A stretch of DNA of 64,000 bases from Paragordius varius. Taxonomy: Eukaryota > Animalia > Nematomorpha. Location: contig OZ176050.1 of the NCBI GenBank assembly GCA_964247055.1, positions 5,208,001 through 5,272,000 on the forward strand. The letters are read 5' to 3'. How positions within the stretch are numbered: position 1 is the first letter of the stretch; the number at the start of each line of letters is the position of its first letter. This document shows positions 25,890 through 38,382 of the stretch, piece after piece. Below the pieces are notes generated by a model, which saw only the letters and a list, made by a program, of their open reading frames with translations, ran no database searches and had not been told where the DNA came from. Made by a program: the position numbers and the translations under genes.

Positions 25890-26850
25890 CAAGTTTCATA
25901 TCAGAAAATGGCAAATTTGGGCAATTTTTTTAATAATTTTTTTGGTAAAAGCTAGAGGTTTCAGTCCAAATAATATCACTAAAACGTAACATATCAAAAG
26001 CATAGAAAATTTTTAAAGAAATTTAATTTTTATTTGGTTACAAAAGTCTCAATCTTTTGCCCTTAAATGAGCTAGTCCTCTTAAAAAACGCAAAAATGCC
26101 GGGATTGCGCGATAATTCTAACACTGGGATACAATACATTCATTTCAGTCCTTCGATTCAAATTGGAGTAGTTGGATACCCCAGGCCTGTTTAAAATTAA
26201 ATAATTCAAAAAATATGGAATGAAATGAAACCAGGGCAAAAATTTGCACATTTATAACATTAATGAACCGAATTATATAAAAATTTTCATTCAAAGATAC
26301 TTGATATTAATTTTTTTTAGCTAAAACCTCAGATAAAAATTTAGTCAACATGACATGTGTGCATTAGCTAAATTTAAAAATATTACAAAATAAACAATTA
26401 TTTTTTTGTATCAATATTGTGATTTAAAAATAAAAATTTGGCTTTTATTTTATTTTAAAAATCAAATGAACACGATATTTTGCAAATATGTTGTAAAATA
26501 AAAATGACATGTATTAGTTTAATATGGAATTTTTTTTCAAAACCAAATTTTATTTAGTTATTTCGACTTAGTTATAAAATTTTAATTAGGATAGAAGCAT
26601 AAATTTAAATTGGGACCATTTCTTTCAATAGTTTTTTAGATATATAATAAATTTAGTTTGGGGTATTTAAAAACCCCAATTTGAATCGAAGTGTAAGATA
26701 GTTGCTAAACTTTAACATCAATTAAAAATATTATCAAAAAAATACATATTTCAAAAATTCGATAAAGATGAGAATTTCTATAATTTAGAATTTTGATTAA
26801 AATATTCGTTTGACAAATTTATACTAACTATAAATTGGATTTTTTACAAA
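25890..26850 (+). repeat. Dispersed repeat family B (copy)
   Basis: ATTCAAATTGGAGTAGTTGGATACCCCAGG and GTCAACATGACATGTGTGCATTAGCTA recur at 52785 and 52968, and in reverse at 14.4-15.5 kb. Confidence 0.65.
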
Positions 26851-27379
26851 AAATCACCAAAATTTTAAAGCAAAATATTTAAATACTAAAGCGATAGAAA
26901 TGTCGGTATCCTCGTATTATATATAACAAGTGTTTTTATTATATCTTAAAGCGTTTATATACCGTTTACCATGCTCCAAAATATGTAACTCAGATTATAT
27001 GTAAAAAAATGTGCTAATATACTATTTACAGTTCAAATTCACCCTTGAACAATTCAAATTCACTCTAGAACAATTCAAATTGCCTTTGAACAATTCAAAT
27101 TCACCCTAAAAATAAATTACGTGTTTTAGAACTAATATAACTCATTACACTGCTCAACAAGGTTTTGCACTACCCCATTATTTTTGCATTTTCTGATACC
27201 TAATGGCATGGATAGGCAACAAAAAAAAAATTGAGGCCACCAATAGGATTTTTCCAAAATTTAATTTTTAAATTTGTATTTAATTCAAAAATATAAATCA
27301 TTCCTCGTGTACATATGTTTAAATATTCAAACAAGCAAGTCGATACAAGTAATTTTTCATGCATGGATAACAAATTCTA

Positions 27380-27830
27380 GGCATTAAATAAGATACTAAA
27401 CAAGCTAAGAGCCAAAGTATTAAAAATCTAAAAGGGGCTTATGTATAGTGTGATAGATCCGGGCGGCTGCACAAGCTTTGCATATCCCCCAAGCGATCCA
27501 ATTATGCCAGATATGGCAAAGATAACAATAAGTAATCGTACGGCCCGATAAGAGAGACCAGCAAGCAAAATCCAGGCAAATTGACATGTCAAAACCAATT
27601 CACAGAATAAAGTTAGATAAATTCTACCATTGAATCGAATAAAGTTAGGTAAATACAAATGGTCCAATCCCATAATAGTAAATTCTACTAAAAGTGGCTA
27701 CACAACATCCATCTGTAGGTATAAATAAAGGATTTTTTGTAAGAACCAACTCAAGAAAAAAGCCTAATAAGTACTCGAAAGGATGAAAACTAACAAAAAA
27801 AATATAGCCTATCTAAAAGCCGAAGGTTTA
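27380..27830 (-). pseudogene. Hydrophobic, frameshifted coding-like fragment (possible multi-TM protein relic)
   Basis: GC-richer island; ORF 27428-27673 is hydrophobic and an overlapping upstream frame reads FIPTDGCCVATFSRIYYYGIGPFVFT*. No family securely recognised. Confidence 0.3.
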
Positions 27831-28069
27831 AACCATAGAATGCCTTTTTTAGTATTTTTAAAATTTTTTTATACGTATTAAAAATTTATTGAAAGAAAAA
27901 GACTAAATTTTGACGTTTAAGTCCGTACTATTTTTTTTCTCTCTGATATTTAAATGACATATTTATATTCAAAAGATAGAGTTTAAAACGCTTTATTAAA
28001 TGATTTTAAGTTTATAATATAATAACATTTTTTTATAAAGTTATATCTAATTTTCTCTCGATTTTCTCT

Positions 28070-29809
28070 TGTTTTTGAAAAATTGAAAAACCTTTTTTGA
28101 AAACAGAGTCCACAAAAATCGTGTCTTTGAGACAATTTTCTGGAGAACATGTTGGATCATTCAATTTCAAATATGCTTTTTGTTTACTTATTTTCGATTG
28201 CGCCGAACATAGTCGTCTCGCTTTTTTAACTTAGGCCCTCTTTTTACCCGCTCCCCCGTAAAATGCCACCTTTTTCAAAAAACAAAGTCCACAAAAATAA
28301 TTTTTAGAATCTATTTTTCGCCCTAGGTATGAAACCGTAAAAATTCAATATGGATTCCACGTATTCCCTGTTAAAAGTCAAAAATTTTAGGCAATCGTTT
28401 CTTTGATGATAGCTGTTGGGTAAAGAGCCTCCCGCTAAAAACTGATTTCTCATGTGACTTTGTGATCTGTTTCCGGAAAACAGGTGAACCCAATCAAATC
28501 CAAATATCGAAAAAATATAATCATTAATAAATGTCCCGACAATAGGTTCGCCCTATTTTTGAATTAGGTCCCCAGTTCGGGCCTACCCCTTGTGAAAAAT
28601 GGGTTAAGTCAATTTTCCGGTTAACGTGTTGGACCATTCAATTTGAAATATGATTTTTGTTTACTTATTTTTGATCGCGCCGAACATAGTCGACTCACTT
28701 TTTTGATTTAGGCCCTCTTTTTACCCGCTACCCCCGTAAAATGCCATTTTTTCAAAAAAAGAAAGTCCACAAAAATAATATTTTGATTTTGTTTTTTTAC
28801 CCAAGGTATGAGATCGTAAAAATCAATAAAGATTCCACGTATTCCCTGTTAAAAGGCAAAAAATTTAGTCAAGCGTTTCTTTGATGATAGCTGCTGAGTA
28901 AAAAATATCTATCATATGTATAGGATGTTAAAAAATATATGTATAATAAAACATTATTTATGGTAATCTATATATTTAAAAAAATGGAAAATGCTGGCTT
29001 TGTGATCTGGTACAGGAAAACCGGTAGACCCATTCAAATTCAAACTTCGAAATAATGAATGCCCCGACAATAGCATCGCCCTTTTTTCGAAATAGGCCCC
29101 CAGTTCGGGCCCACCCCGTCTGAAAACGGTTTTTTTTGAAAACAGAAGTCCACAAAAATCGTGTCTTTGAGACAATTTTCTGGAGAATGTGTTAGACCAT
29201 TCAATTTCAAATATGATTTTTGTTTACTTATTTTCGATTGTGCCGAACATAGTCGTCTCGCTTTTTTGATTTAGGCTTTCTTTTTACCCGCTCCCCCCGT
29301 AAAATGCCACCTTTTTCAAAAAACAAAGTCCACAAAAATAATTTTTTAAATCTATTTTTCGCCCTAGGTATGAGACCGTAAAAATTCAATATGGATTCCA
29401 CGTATTCCCTGTTAAAAGGCAAAAATTTTAGTCAAGCGTTTCTTGGATGATAGCTGCTGGGTAAGGAGCTACCCGCTAAAAACTGATTCCTCATGTAACT
29501 TTGTGATCTGTTTCCGGAAAACCGGTGAACCCAATCAAATCCTAATATCGAAAAAATATAATCATTAATAAATGTCCCGACATTGGCTTCGCCCTTTTTT
29601 GGAATTAGTCCCCAGTTCGGGCCTACCCCGTGTGAAAAATGGGTTAAGTCAATTTTTTGGAGAACGTGTTGGACCATTCAATTTCAAATATGATTTTTGT
29701 TTACTTATTTTCATGTGTATCATTTTATTGTCCCTTATTTCAAATAGACCTTCCCCCAGAAGTCCGAAGGACTTCCTCGTGCTGCTACGCAGCACGAGAT
29801 TTTCGCTAG
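28070..29809 (+). mobile_element. Non-autonomous Helitron (family A, type-2 double-hairpin 3' end) with ~500-bp tandem units
   Basis: Units recur at ~28110, 28600, 29150, 29650; internal A|TCTATATATTT 5' end at ~28967; 3' hairpins at 29759-29775 and 29776-29798, then CTAG|T at 29806-29810. Confidence 0.8.
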
Positions 29810-30099
29810 TATGAAATATATGTTTAGGTATAGTTTATTATTTTTTCAGTATTATTTTAATTTAAAACAAAATTTTTATTTTTGAAAAATATATAAAATA
29901 TAGGTAATTTTTAATCTTAAAAAACATATATTTTATTTGAGGGTGAATTTGAATTGTTCGAGCGTGAATTTGAATTGTTTTAAGGGTGAAATTGAATTGT
30001 AAATGGGATATTTGCCATTTTCTGATATAGAGCAGTTGCGAAAACAAGTGTATATGCTTTTCTTAAAACACTCGTAGGGGCTTTAACCAAAAGCACCAT

Positions 30100-31250
30100 T
30101 ATCCTGAAAGACTTAACTAATTATATACATTAATTTACATGATTTGGGGTGCATAATGTACTGTACGAACATTTTGGGATTTATTTTTTGATATGGATGA
30201 TTTACTAAAAAAGTGTAAATAAATAACTTTTTTTATCATTTCTATGTCCCAAACTAAAAAAACCACGAGGATCCTTAGATAGTTATCTATCAGAATATGT
30301 CTATTTAATCGGGATATTTTTTACAACCCCAAATTTCGACTCTGGAAATGAAAATTCAACTTATGTCAGTTTTTCAATTCTCGGTGTCTAAAATTTGATC
30401 TCATCAAATTGAAAAAAACGGCGGATTTTAAAAAACAATAAACATTGGTTAACCATATGTGAATGCTTTCAAAATATTTTTAGCTATATTATTTTATTTT
30501 TATCTGCAATTTTTTTAGCTTAATCATATAAAAAATTTTGGCGGAAAAAGCTTTAAAATGAGTATTTCTCATTTTCCATTTTGAAAATAATTTTTATTTT
30601 ATCATAAAAGGATATGCCTTTTTTGGTGATTTCGTAGATAATTGAATTGAAACATAATCCCTCAGGATAGAAAATTATATTATACAGGAATTATCCCTTA
30701 ATCAAAAGCTATCAATCTACATTTAAAAAGCGATTTCCGGAAACGCGTGAGTGCGTTTAAATACAATCATGGAAATTTTTTATTCAAAATGCGTCCAACA
30801 ACGTGCAACTCGAATCAGCACCCTATATCGACCCACCGGTATCAAAATATAAGATCCCCAAAAATTGTGTTTTTCAGTAACCATTCTGGATGCAGGGATG
30901 CAGTTCAAATTCGATATAATTGAATGCGCCGAATGGGATCAATTTATTTTCCAAATCATGGTAATCATCTTCGCCCCATGTGAAATTGGAATTAATACAA
31001 TTTTACTGAAAATGTTCGAGATCAATTGATTTCGTATAGGCATTTATTTTTAGAATGGAATAATAACACTGTTCGACAGAAATCAGCGTCTTAATTATCA
31101 CATTTCTCATCAGCACTCTTAGTATGATCAAACTTTAAAATTCGGCTGCTACTATTCTAAGAGTGGTATCAAGTTTAAAACAGTTATTGCAATAATAATT
31201 ATCCCAAATAAAAAATCCTCCATTCATCGTAAATTATACCATTTAAAGAA
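30100..31250 (-). pseudogene. Decayed coding-like region with scattered in-frame stops
   Basis: One minus-strand frame over ~30720-31240 reads protein-like (SVEQCYYSILKINAYTKSIDLEHFQ*NCINSNFTWGEDDYHDLENKLIPFGAFNYIEFELHPCIQNGY*) with isolated stops; identity unknown. Confidence 0.35.
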
Positions 31251-31271
31251 CAACAGTTATTTTATTTAAAA

Positions 31272-32724
31272 CTCGCGTAAATCAGGAAGTCCTTCGGACT
31301 TCTGGGGGGGCTATTTGAAAAAAGGGATCAATAAAATGATTCATATATGTGGATTATTTCGAAACATTATTTAATAGCTATCTCATAGGATTTTGTAAAC
31401 GGTGCATTCATACTAATATATTGTTTACTGGTGTAAAGGCCCCAAATTGACGGCTAACGGAAAAAACCGCGATACTCTAATTTTTACCTTTTTATGGGTA
31501 ATATTTAAAGCCTTTATTGAACTTGTATGGCTTCTTAAGTTTTTTGAAAATTAGCTCCAAAACGCCATTTTTGTATGGCGTCTCAGTTTTAAATCGGTAG
31601 ACCCCTACCCATAGGCCTATTTGGAAAAAGCGCTAAGTTAATTTTTTTGCCCTTATAGGAAAAATATTTTAAATCATCTTTAAGACCATCGTCTCATGGG
31701 TTATTCTAAAAAACACCTTAACACTAAATAATCGTTATATAATGGCGTATTTTTAGGGCATAAAGGCCCAACGGCTAATAAAAAAGGCCTGACCTTGATT
31801 TTTACCTAGTTACGGGTAATATTTCGTTTAAATGAGCTCATATGGCATAAGTTTTCTTTAAAATAGTTCCAAAACAACGTAATTTCTATATAGTGGCGCA
31901 ATTTTGGCGGGTACCCTACCCAGAGGCTGATACAAAAAAGCGCTTGATTAAAATTTTTTCCTTTTTAGGGAAAATATCTGGAATCATGATTGATTCCATA
32001 TACTCTCATTAGTATTCGGAGAAATTGCCTCAAAATTAAAAAATTATTCTATAGTGGCGCCTTTTTCAGGGCGTGAAGGGCCTAATTAACGGCTAATTTT
32101 GAAAAACCAAATGATCTAAATTTTTCCCTTGTTACGAGTAATACTTTAGGCAGTTATTGAACTCATATGGCCTGATGGGTTTTCTGATATTTAGCCTCAA
32201 AAGCACGCTATTTCGATATGGCGGGTCAGTTTTTAGCGAATATCTCCTTACCCAGCAGCTATCATCAAAGAAACGCTTGGCTAGAATTTTTGCCTTTTAA
32301 CAGGGAATACCTGGAATCCTTATTGAATATTTACGGTCTCATACCTTGGAAAAATAGATTCAAAAATTATTTTTGTGGACAATCTTTTTGAAAAAAGTGG
32401 CATTTTACGGGGGGGAGCGGCTAAAAAGAGGGCCTAAATTAAAAAAGCGAGATGACTATGTTAGGCGCAATCGAAAATAAGTAAAAGAAAATCATATTTG
32501 AAATCGAATGGTCCAACACGTTTTCGTGAAAATTGTCTCAAATAAACGATTTTTGTGGACTGGGGTGAGCCCGAACTGGGGACCTAATTCAAAAAAAGGG
32601 CAAAGCTATTGTCGGAGCATTCATTGATGATTATATTTTTTCGACATTTGGATTTGAATGGATCTACCGGTTTTAGGGAAACAGATCACAAAGCCAGGAT
32701 TTTTTATTTTTCTAAATATATAGA
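31272..32724 (-). mobile_element. Non-autonomous Helitron family A copy
   Basis: Reverse type-2 3' end (CTCGCGTAAATCAGGAAGTCCTTCGGACTTC, CTAG mutated) at 31272 and reverse 5' end (AAATATATAGA|T) at 32724; family A modules between. Confidence 0.75.
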
Positions 32725-35322
32725 TTATAGGTTTGATCTGAATGCGATGTATCTCTGAATTTTAAAAACATAATGCTATATCTCTACCGGTATATATAGG
32801 ATTTTTTTCATAATACTGGACAACAAATTTTTCTGCCACTCGAGTTTTTTGCATTTTCTGATATTTACCATCTTTTTAACAGTAAATCTGAAATAAAAAT
32901 TATAACTCCACCTAAGAATTTTGTATAATTTGATTTTTTTGATTTGCGCCCTCATCAAATTACCAAAAAATGTTTTTCTTTGAAAATATACAAGAAATGC
33001 CCATTTGTAATATATCATTCGAAAGAGTAATAAAAACTCTATAAAATGCGTACTAATATGTTGTACATCGATAGTTAATATTGGACATAGAGAGCGACAA
33101 ACGCCCGAAGCGAGAGCATTTTTCTTAAATATTATATTTTTAAAACTAATGGATGAAAATAGCTCAAACTTTGTCCAGATGGATATGAATGTCCAACAAA
33201 AATAACACAAGAAAGATTTTTTGATTAAAACATTTATTGCTTTTATGTCACTTATAACAACCATTTTTAATTTTTGTTTTTTTACAAATCACCATCTCAT
33301 CAATATAAATTTATTTTCTTTACGAGGCTTATAATTCCAAAATTTTAAAGCCAAAAACAAAGTTTAAGGTATTTTTGATCTTTTATAGACATTATGTAAT
33401 AAATTACAGTTAATATCTATGCATTTTAGTATCTACTAGCTAAAATAATTATGATAATAATTTTATTAAAAAAAGAAAACCAAAAGCATTTTTATATATT
33501 TTTTTTATTTAAAAATAAACCCTAATAATTATATTGAAATAATTTATATGATCAAATTAGTTTGTCTGTGAAAATTTTTGACTTATTTAAGGGTTGAAAA
33601 TGTCCATACAAACCCAAATAACTTTTACATCCGATATTAAATGACACCACCACTTGAAAGATACAGTTTTTCGCGCTCTTTCGAACGATATAAAATACCT
33701 GGCTTCATATTTAAAACTTTAAATTTTCAAAATTTCGAGTTTTATGTTAAAAGGGAACCAAAAATTATCGAGTTCTAATCTAAATAAATTCTTAGGTGTT
33801 AGGCCAATTTTCTTTTCAGATATACTATTTATTACTTTAATGAAATAAATTTTAATTTTACAAGAATGACAGTTAAAAAAAAGTCAAAATTGTTGTATAG
33901 TGTAATATTTTCTTTCGGTATGGTGCAATATACAATTTTTTTTCAACAACATGTTCATTTAAATATCTAATCTCATTAATTATTTTTAAAATTGAGCACA
34001 TAGTGGATTTTATGTCACGCGCAACTCTGTCCTTAGCCCTTGAATAAAAGTTTTCCTTTTAAGTCGCAAATAAGTTATGGAATTTATATGGCTTAACTTG
34101 CCTAAAATGCTTTCCAGCCAGGTTATATGGTAGCACATTAATATAATACATAATTTAGAGTTTCTTTTTTTTATTAAAGGGTAAGGACTTAAATAGTATC
34201 CGGACATATAAAGGCTAACCTCGCACCAGGAGCTGACAGGTGCGGCCCTAACTATGTGGCTTTGAAAATAGAAATATTGGATCTATATACATACTTGGCG
34301 GCCAAAAAAAGCACTGGGGGAAACCTTTAGCTTTTTACTAAGGTAAACCATTAATTTTATTTTTTCATAGCTAATCTGAAAAGTTACTTTAAGCAACGTT
34401 ATAAGGGTGGGGGTTTGCCCATGTGATTTTATAGAAAAGCGATCAAATCATATTGACTCAAAACTATAAAACTATTACTAATATCTTGGGTGGAAAATTG
34501 CTTCAAAGCCAAGTTATTTTGGTGAGTAGAAGCAACGACTTATATTTAAAAAGACGCTTTTGCCTTTATATGGGAATTAACACAAGGTTTGGAGCGTTCG
34601 TAATAAAAAAATATATTAAACTTAAATGAACCTACTCTTTTTCCTGAAAATTGTTTAAATACAGGATTTCTAAGGGCAATCTTTTCTAATCAATTTTCCC
34701 ACGGGGTGGGGTGCAAATAGGGGATAGGCACATCAAACATAGAAAATTTTTTCTACTTTTATATTATTTTGGTATAGATATTTTTTAGAATATTTCTCAC
34801 TACATTATATGGATAAGTTTATATTTTGCTACATACTTCCAAAATTGTACTAAAATAATAGGCTTTATTCCAAAAAATGAAACCATGTTCTACCAAAAAC
34901 TGTGAGCCAAAATTATTGTGCCAATTTAAACTAAACTATTCAATCAACAGCCGTTTTTTATAAAAAATGATTAGAATCGGAACCATGAAAAAAAAATGAA
35001 TAGAACCACAGATTTTGATGTCATATTTTAGAATGCGTTTATTAAAAACACATAAGAATCGGGAATTATATTTTGACGAAATTAGATGTAAAAAAAATAG
35101 TATTTGGGTTAAATAAACGTCAAAAGAAGACGGCTTTTAAATCAAATTTCGCCCATTGATAAAATATTATAGTTAAACCAGGGTAGGACTCATTTAAAGT
35201 ATAAAATAGATTTTTGTTAAACAATGCTTAAATAATTTTAAATGTCTTAGTTTGCTAACTGTATGAGAATCGTATAACGAATATTTATCGATTTGGTTTA
35301 ATCTTTATTTCGATTTTAACCT

Positions 35323-35705
35323 CAGTGGCGTACCGAGCATTTGCGGTGCCCGGGGCATAAAACTTTTATGGCGCCCCTCCCCCTTTTTAGCCAATAAACA
35401 ATTTAGTAAAAAATTACAAACGTTGTAACCTAAACACCATAGATAAGACAGCACAGTCATATAAATTTTAAATCTATTAAATATATATATTTATATGATA
35501 CTAAATTTATTCAATGGTACTAATTAGGTGAATAATAGAGTATATATTATAGGGATTATTACCTAAATTGCTGAAAAATCTCATTTGAAAGTTCTTATTA
35601 TTTTTGCATAATTAAAATTTAATTTTAAAAAATCATTTAGGCGCCCCTAAATAACGGCGCCCGGGGCATGATGCACCCCCTTGCCCCCCCTTCGGTACGC
35701 CCCTG
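35323..35705. mobile_element. hAT MITE with perfect 8-bp TSD
   Basis: TIRs CAGTGGCGTACCGA / TCGGTACGCCCCTG; TSD TTTAACCT at 35315-35322 and 35706-35713; subterminal GGCGCCC/GCCCGGGGCA motifs. Confidence 0.9.
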
Positions 35706-36421
35706 TTTAACCTATTCGCTCAGGGAAAATAACTTGTGTTATCATTTGTAACATGTGTTCATGTGTTTAGATACATAATTATTTTATTTTCCATTTCACA
35801 GTATGAGTTATATAAATATATCATTGATGCTCGATAAAAAGTTTTCAAATTAATTACAGTTGTTACTTTATCTATGTATATATCAGAAGAAAAAAACGAT
35901 AAAGGAAAGAAAATCTGTTGTTTTCATGTGGTGTTTGTGATAATTATAACTTGCAATATTTTGTATTTCAATTATATATCTTCTTTCTTTCCTAAGAATT
36001 GTACATCTTCAATTGCGTAAATTTAACAAGTATATGATTTGAAGTTTTTCCCGATTTATATCGGATAATTTTATTTGGACTTAAGGATCAATAACGGTTT
36101 TAAAATTATTATAATTTTTATTTTATAAAAGAGTGATGTATACAAATTTATCGAGTTGCAAAGTGTGCATAGTGGTTGTTAATATGTGTTGGTTGCCTTG
36201 TATCGCATCACATGTGTTATAAATATCAATCCAATCTGTTTACGATGCGAATAATAAGCAGGAATAAAATAGGAAAAAAACATAGGATATATTTACAATA
36301 TTTTTCGCATTTACGGGATTATCTGTTTGTGTGTGTGAATCTTCTCTCGACTTTGTTTCAGTAGCTTTTTTATATCGTCTTGTCTTCATTTGTTCAAATT
36401 AATTCAATCGTAATATATTTG

Positions 36422-38214
36422 ATGATGAATGACCAACTGGTTTTAAACACAAACAACAATGAACAACAAGGTATACTTTTTTTATCCTAATTTAAATTTA
36501 TTTAAACGTAATACCCGCGTAAACCCTTTTAAAATCGTTTTTTAATAAAATTACATATATTTTACAGAACCATTGGATTTAAGGATCGATAGTAAGAAGA
36601 TAAAAGATGTATCCTGTTATACAACCACCTGTCAATTTGCCAATGTCATTCAAAATGCGCCTGCACCAATTTATGCACGTATTAAGAGGCGTCAATCAAT
36701 AAATCACAAAATTTTGCCTCATGAATCTTCTGGTTTATCAGATCCTCAAAATTCTGTAATGAAGAATTGGCCCGCCAATTCTATAATCAATTTCATAGAA
36801 ACTTCCTGGTCACGTCTTCCCTACCATTTAATTTCTCATAAGATAAATTTCAATACAGTTAGTAACTCGGATAAAAAAACTACCAACTACAATGAATTAT
36901 ATAATATTAATAATAGGAAAAGTATTCGCATTGCAAATACGGGCGGTGACGATTTCGATATTAGATGTAGTACAGGGTATAATTCAAATCCTTGTTCCAA
37001 AAATAAAAGTAAACCTGATCAGAAGTTCGAATCGATACACAGCCCGCTTAGTTCAACCTCCATCACATCTCAACATGAAAGGAGTAATTTTAAGGGTCAA
37101 CAAATAAATATCCCTGGTAATGAAAAATTTTTTGACTATAACAACCTCCCAAACAAAAATACATTTGAAATTAATTATAATCAAACGACAAATAATAATA
37201 TTTTTCTTCCCAATCAAAATGATGTACCAGTCTTGAATAATAATGATACACAACACCCACAGAAAAAATTGAAAGGAAAATCTTGTAAATATTGTGGAAA
37301 ATTTTATGAATCTACATCGGCACATAGTATGCATGTTCGAACGCATGAGATGCGATGTGTATGCACGGTTTGTGGAAAACGTTTTTCTCGAACGTGGCTA
37401 CTACAATGTCATATGAGAACCCACACAGGTAATTATATATTTGTAAACTCAATTGTAAATAACCAATTTCACCAAAATTCTGAAAGTAATATTTATATGA
37501 TTATTTTGGTGTTTGAATTAAAAAGTCATAAATAAAATATACCTATAGCGACCTGTTAATTTGCGCATTTTTATTGTAAAATTATAACGTCCAACTTTAA
37601 AGAATGTGCTCGTTCGCGTCCCTTATATTAATTCTATTATGTGGACGCTAAATTGTTTTTGTCATCAGCTAAACTAATTTTACAGTAAAATTTGAAATTA
37701 TACGGACAAAACGTGAAAATATAAAGACAAATATTTTTTTCTTAAAAACCATACTTTTTTAATTTTGTTTTTTTTTAAAATATATCTCATTGTTTTAAAC
37801 TACAAAGTATAATATAAAAATGTAAATTGGTAGCACATTCAATGTATTTTACGATTGTAATTAAATGTTTTTTGTAGGATAAATTAAGAATTTAAAAAAG
37901 TTTGGTTGTCTTAAAAAAGAATTTGTCTTTTTATTTTTACATTTTGTCCGAATAATTTTAATTTTTACTGTATATCTGATTATTATTCATAAAAATTTTG
38001 ATTTCTATTGCTATTAGGCGAAAAACCTTTTACTTGTGAAGTATGCAACAAAGCATTTACCGACAAAAGCAATTTCCGAGCTCATTCGCAAACGCACTCT
38101 GGTAGCAAACCCTTCGCCTGTTACAATTGCAATAAATCCTTTGCACTACGTTCTTACCTATATAAACATGAAAGATCATGCGTTCAAAATGAAAATATTG
38201 TTTTAAAAACTTAA
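36422..38214 (+). CDS. scrt: Scratch-type Snail-superfamily C2H2 zinc-finger transcription factor (3 exons, 4 fingers)
   Basis: Exons 36422-36470, 36568-37428, 38018-38214. Fingers [91 protein letters not shown]; the last matches the Scratch-diagnostic KSFALKSYL rather than Snail KTFSRMSLL. Confidence 0.85.
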
Positions 38215-38382
38215 TATTATTAAATTAAAGACATTAAAAGCAATTTAATTGATACTGTGATCTACGCATATAAAGATGGCATTTGTTGCAATATTTTGTC
38301 AGTTATATTGCAAAAATATTTTTTAATATCGATTTTTACAGCTTACGTGCAATAAATTTATTTATCCGCATATATAAATATA

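Larger units (their letters stand above)
27020..30006. mobile_element. Putative TIR element with 21-bp subterminal repeats (second subfamily) enclosing cargo
   Basis: 21-bp unit CTTGAACAATTCAAATTCACC x4 at ~27030-27110 and inverted x3 at ~29940-30005; ends resemble the CCATTT TIR of the 145-740 MITE; encloses a hydrophobic ORF fragment and a Helitron. No clean TSD seen. Confidence 0.5.

Noticed and set aside
32776-33264. 162-aa hydrophobic ORF
   Set aside because: Composition (F/I/K/L-rich) is typical of AT-rich non-coding DNA; no recognisable motif or splice context.
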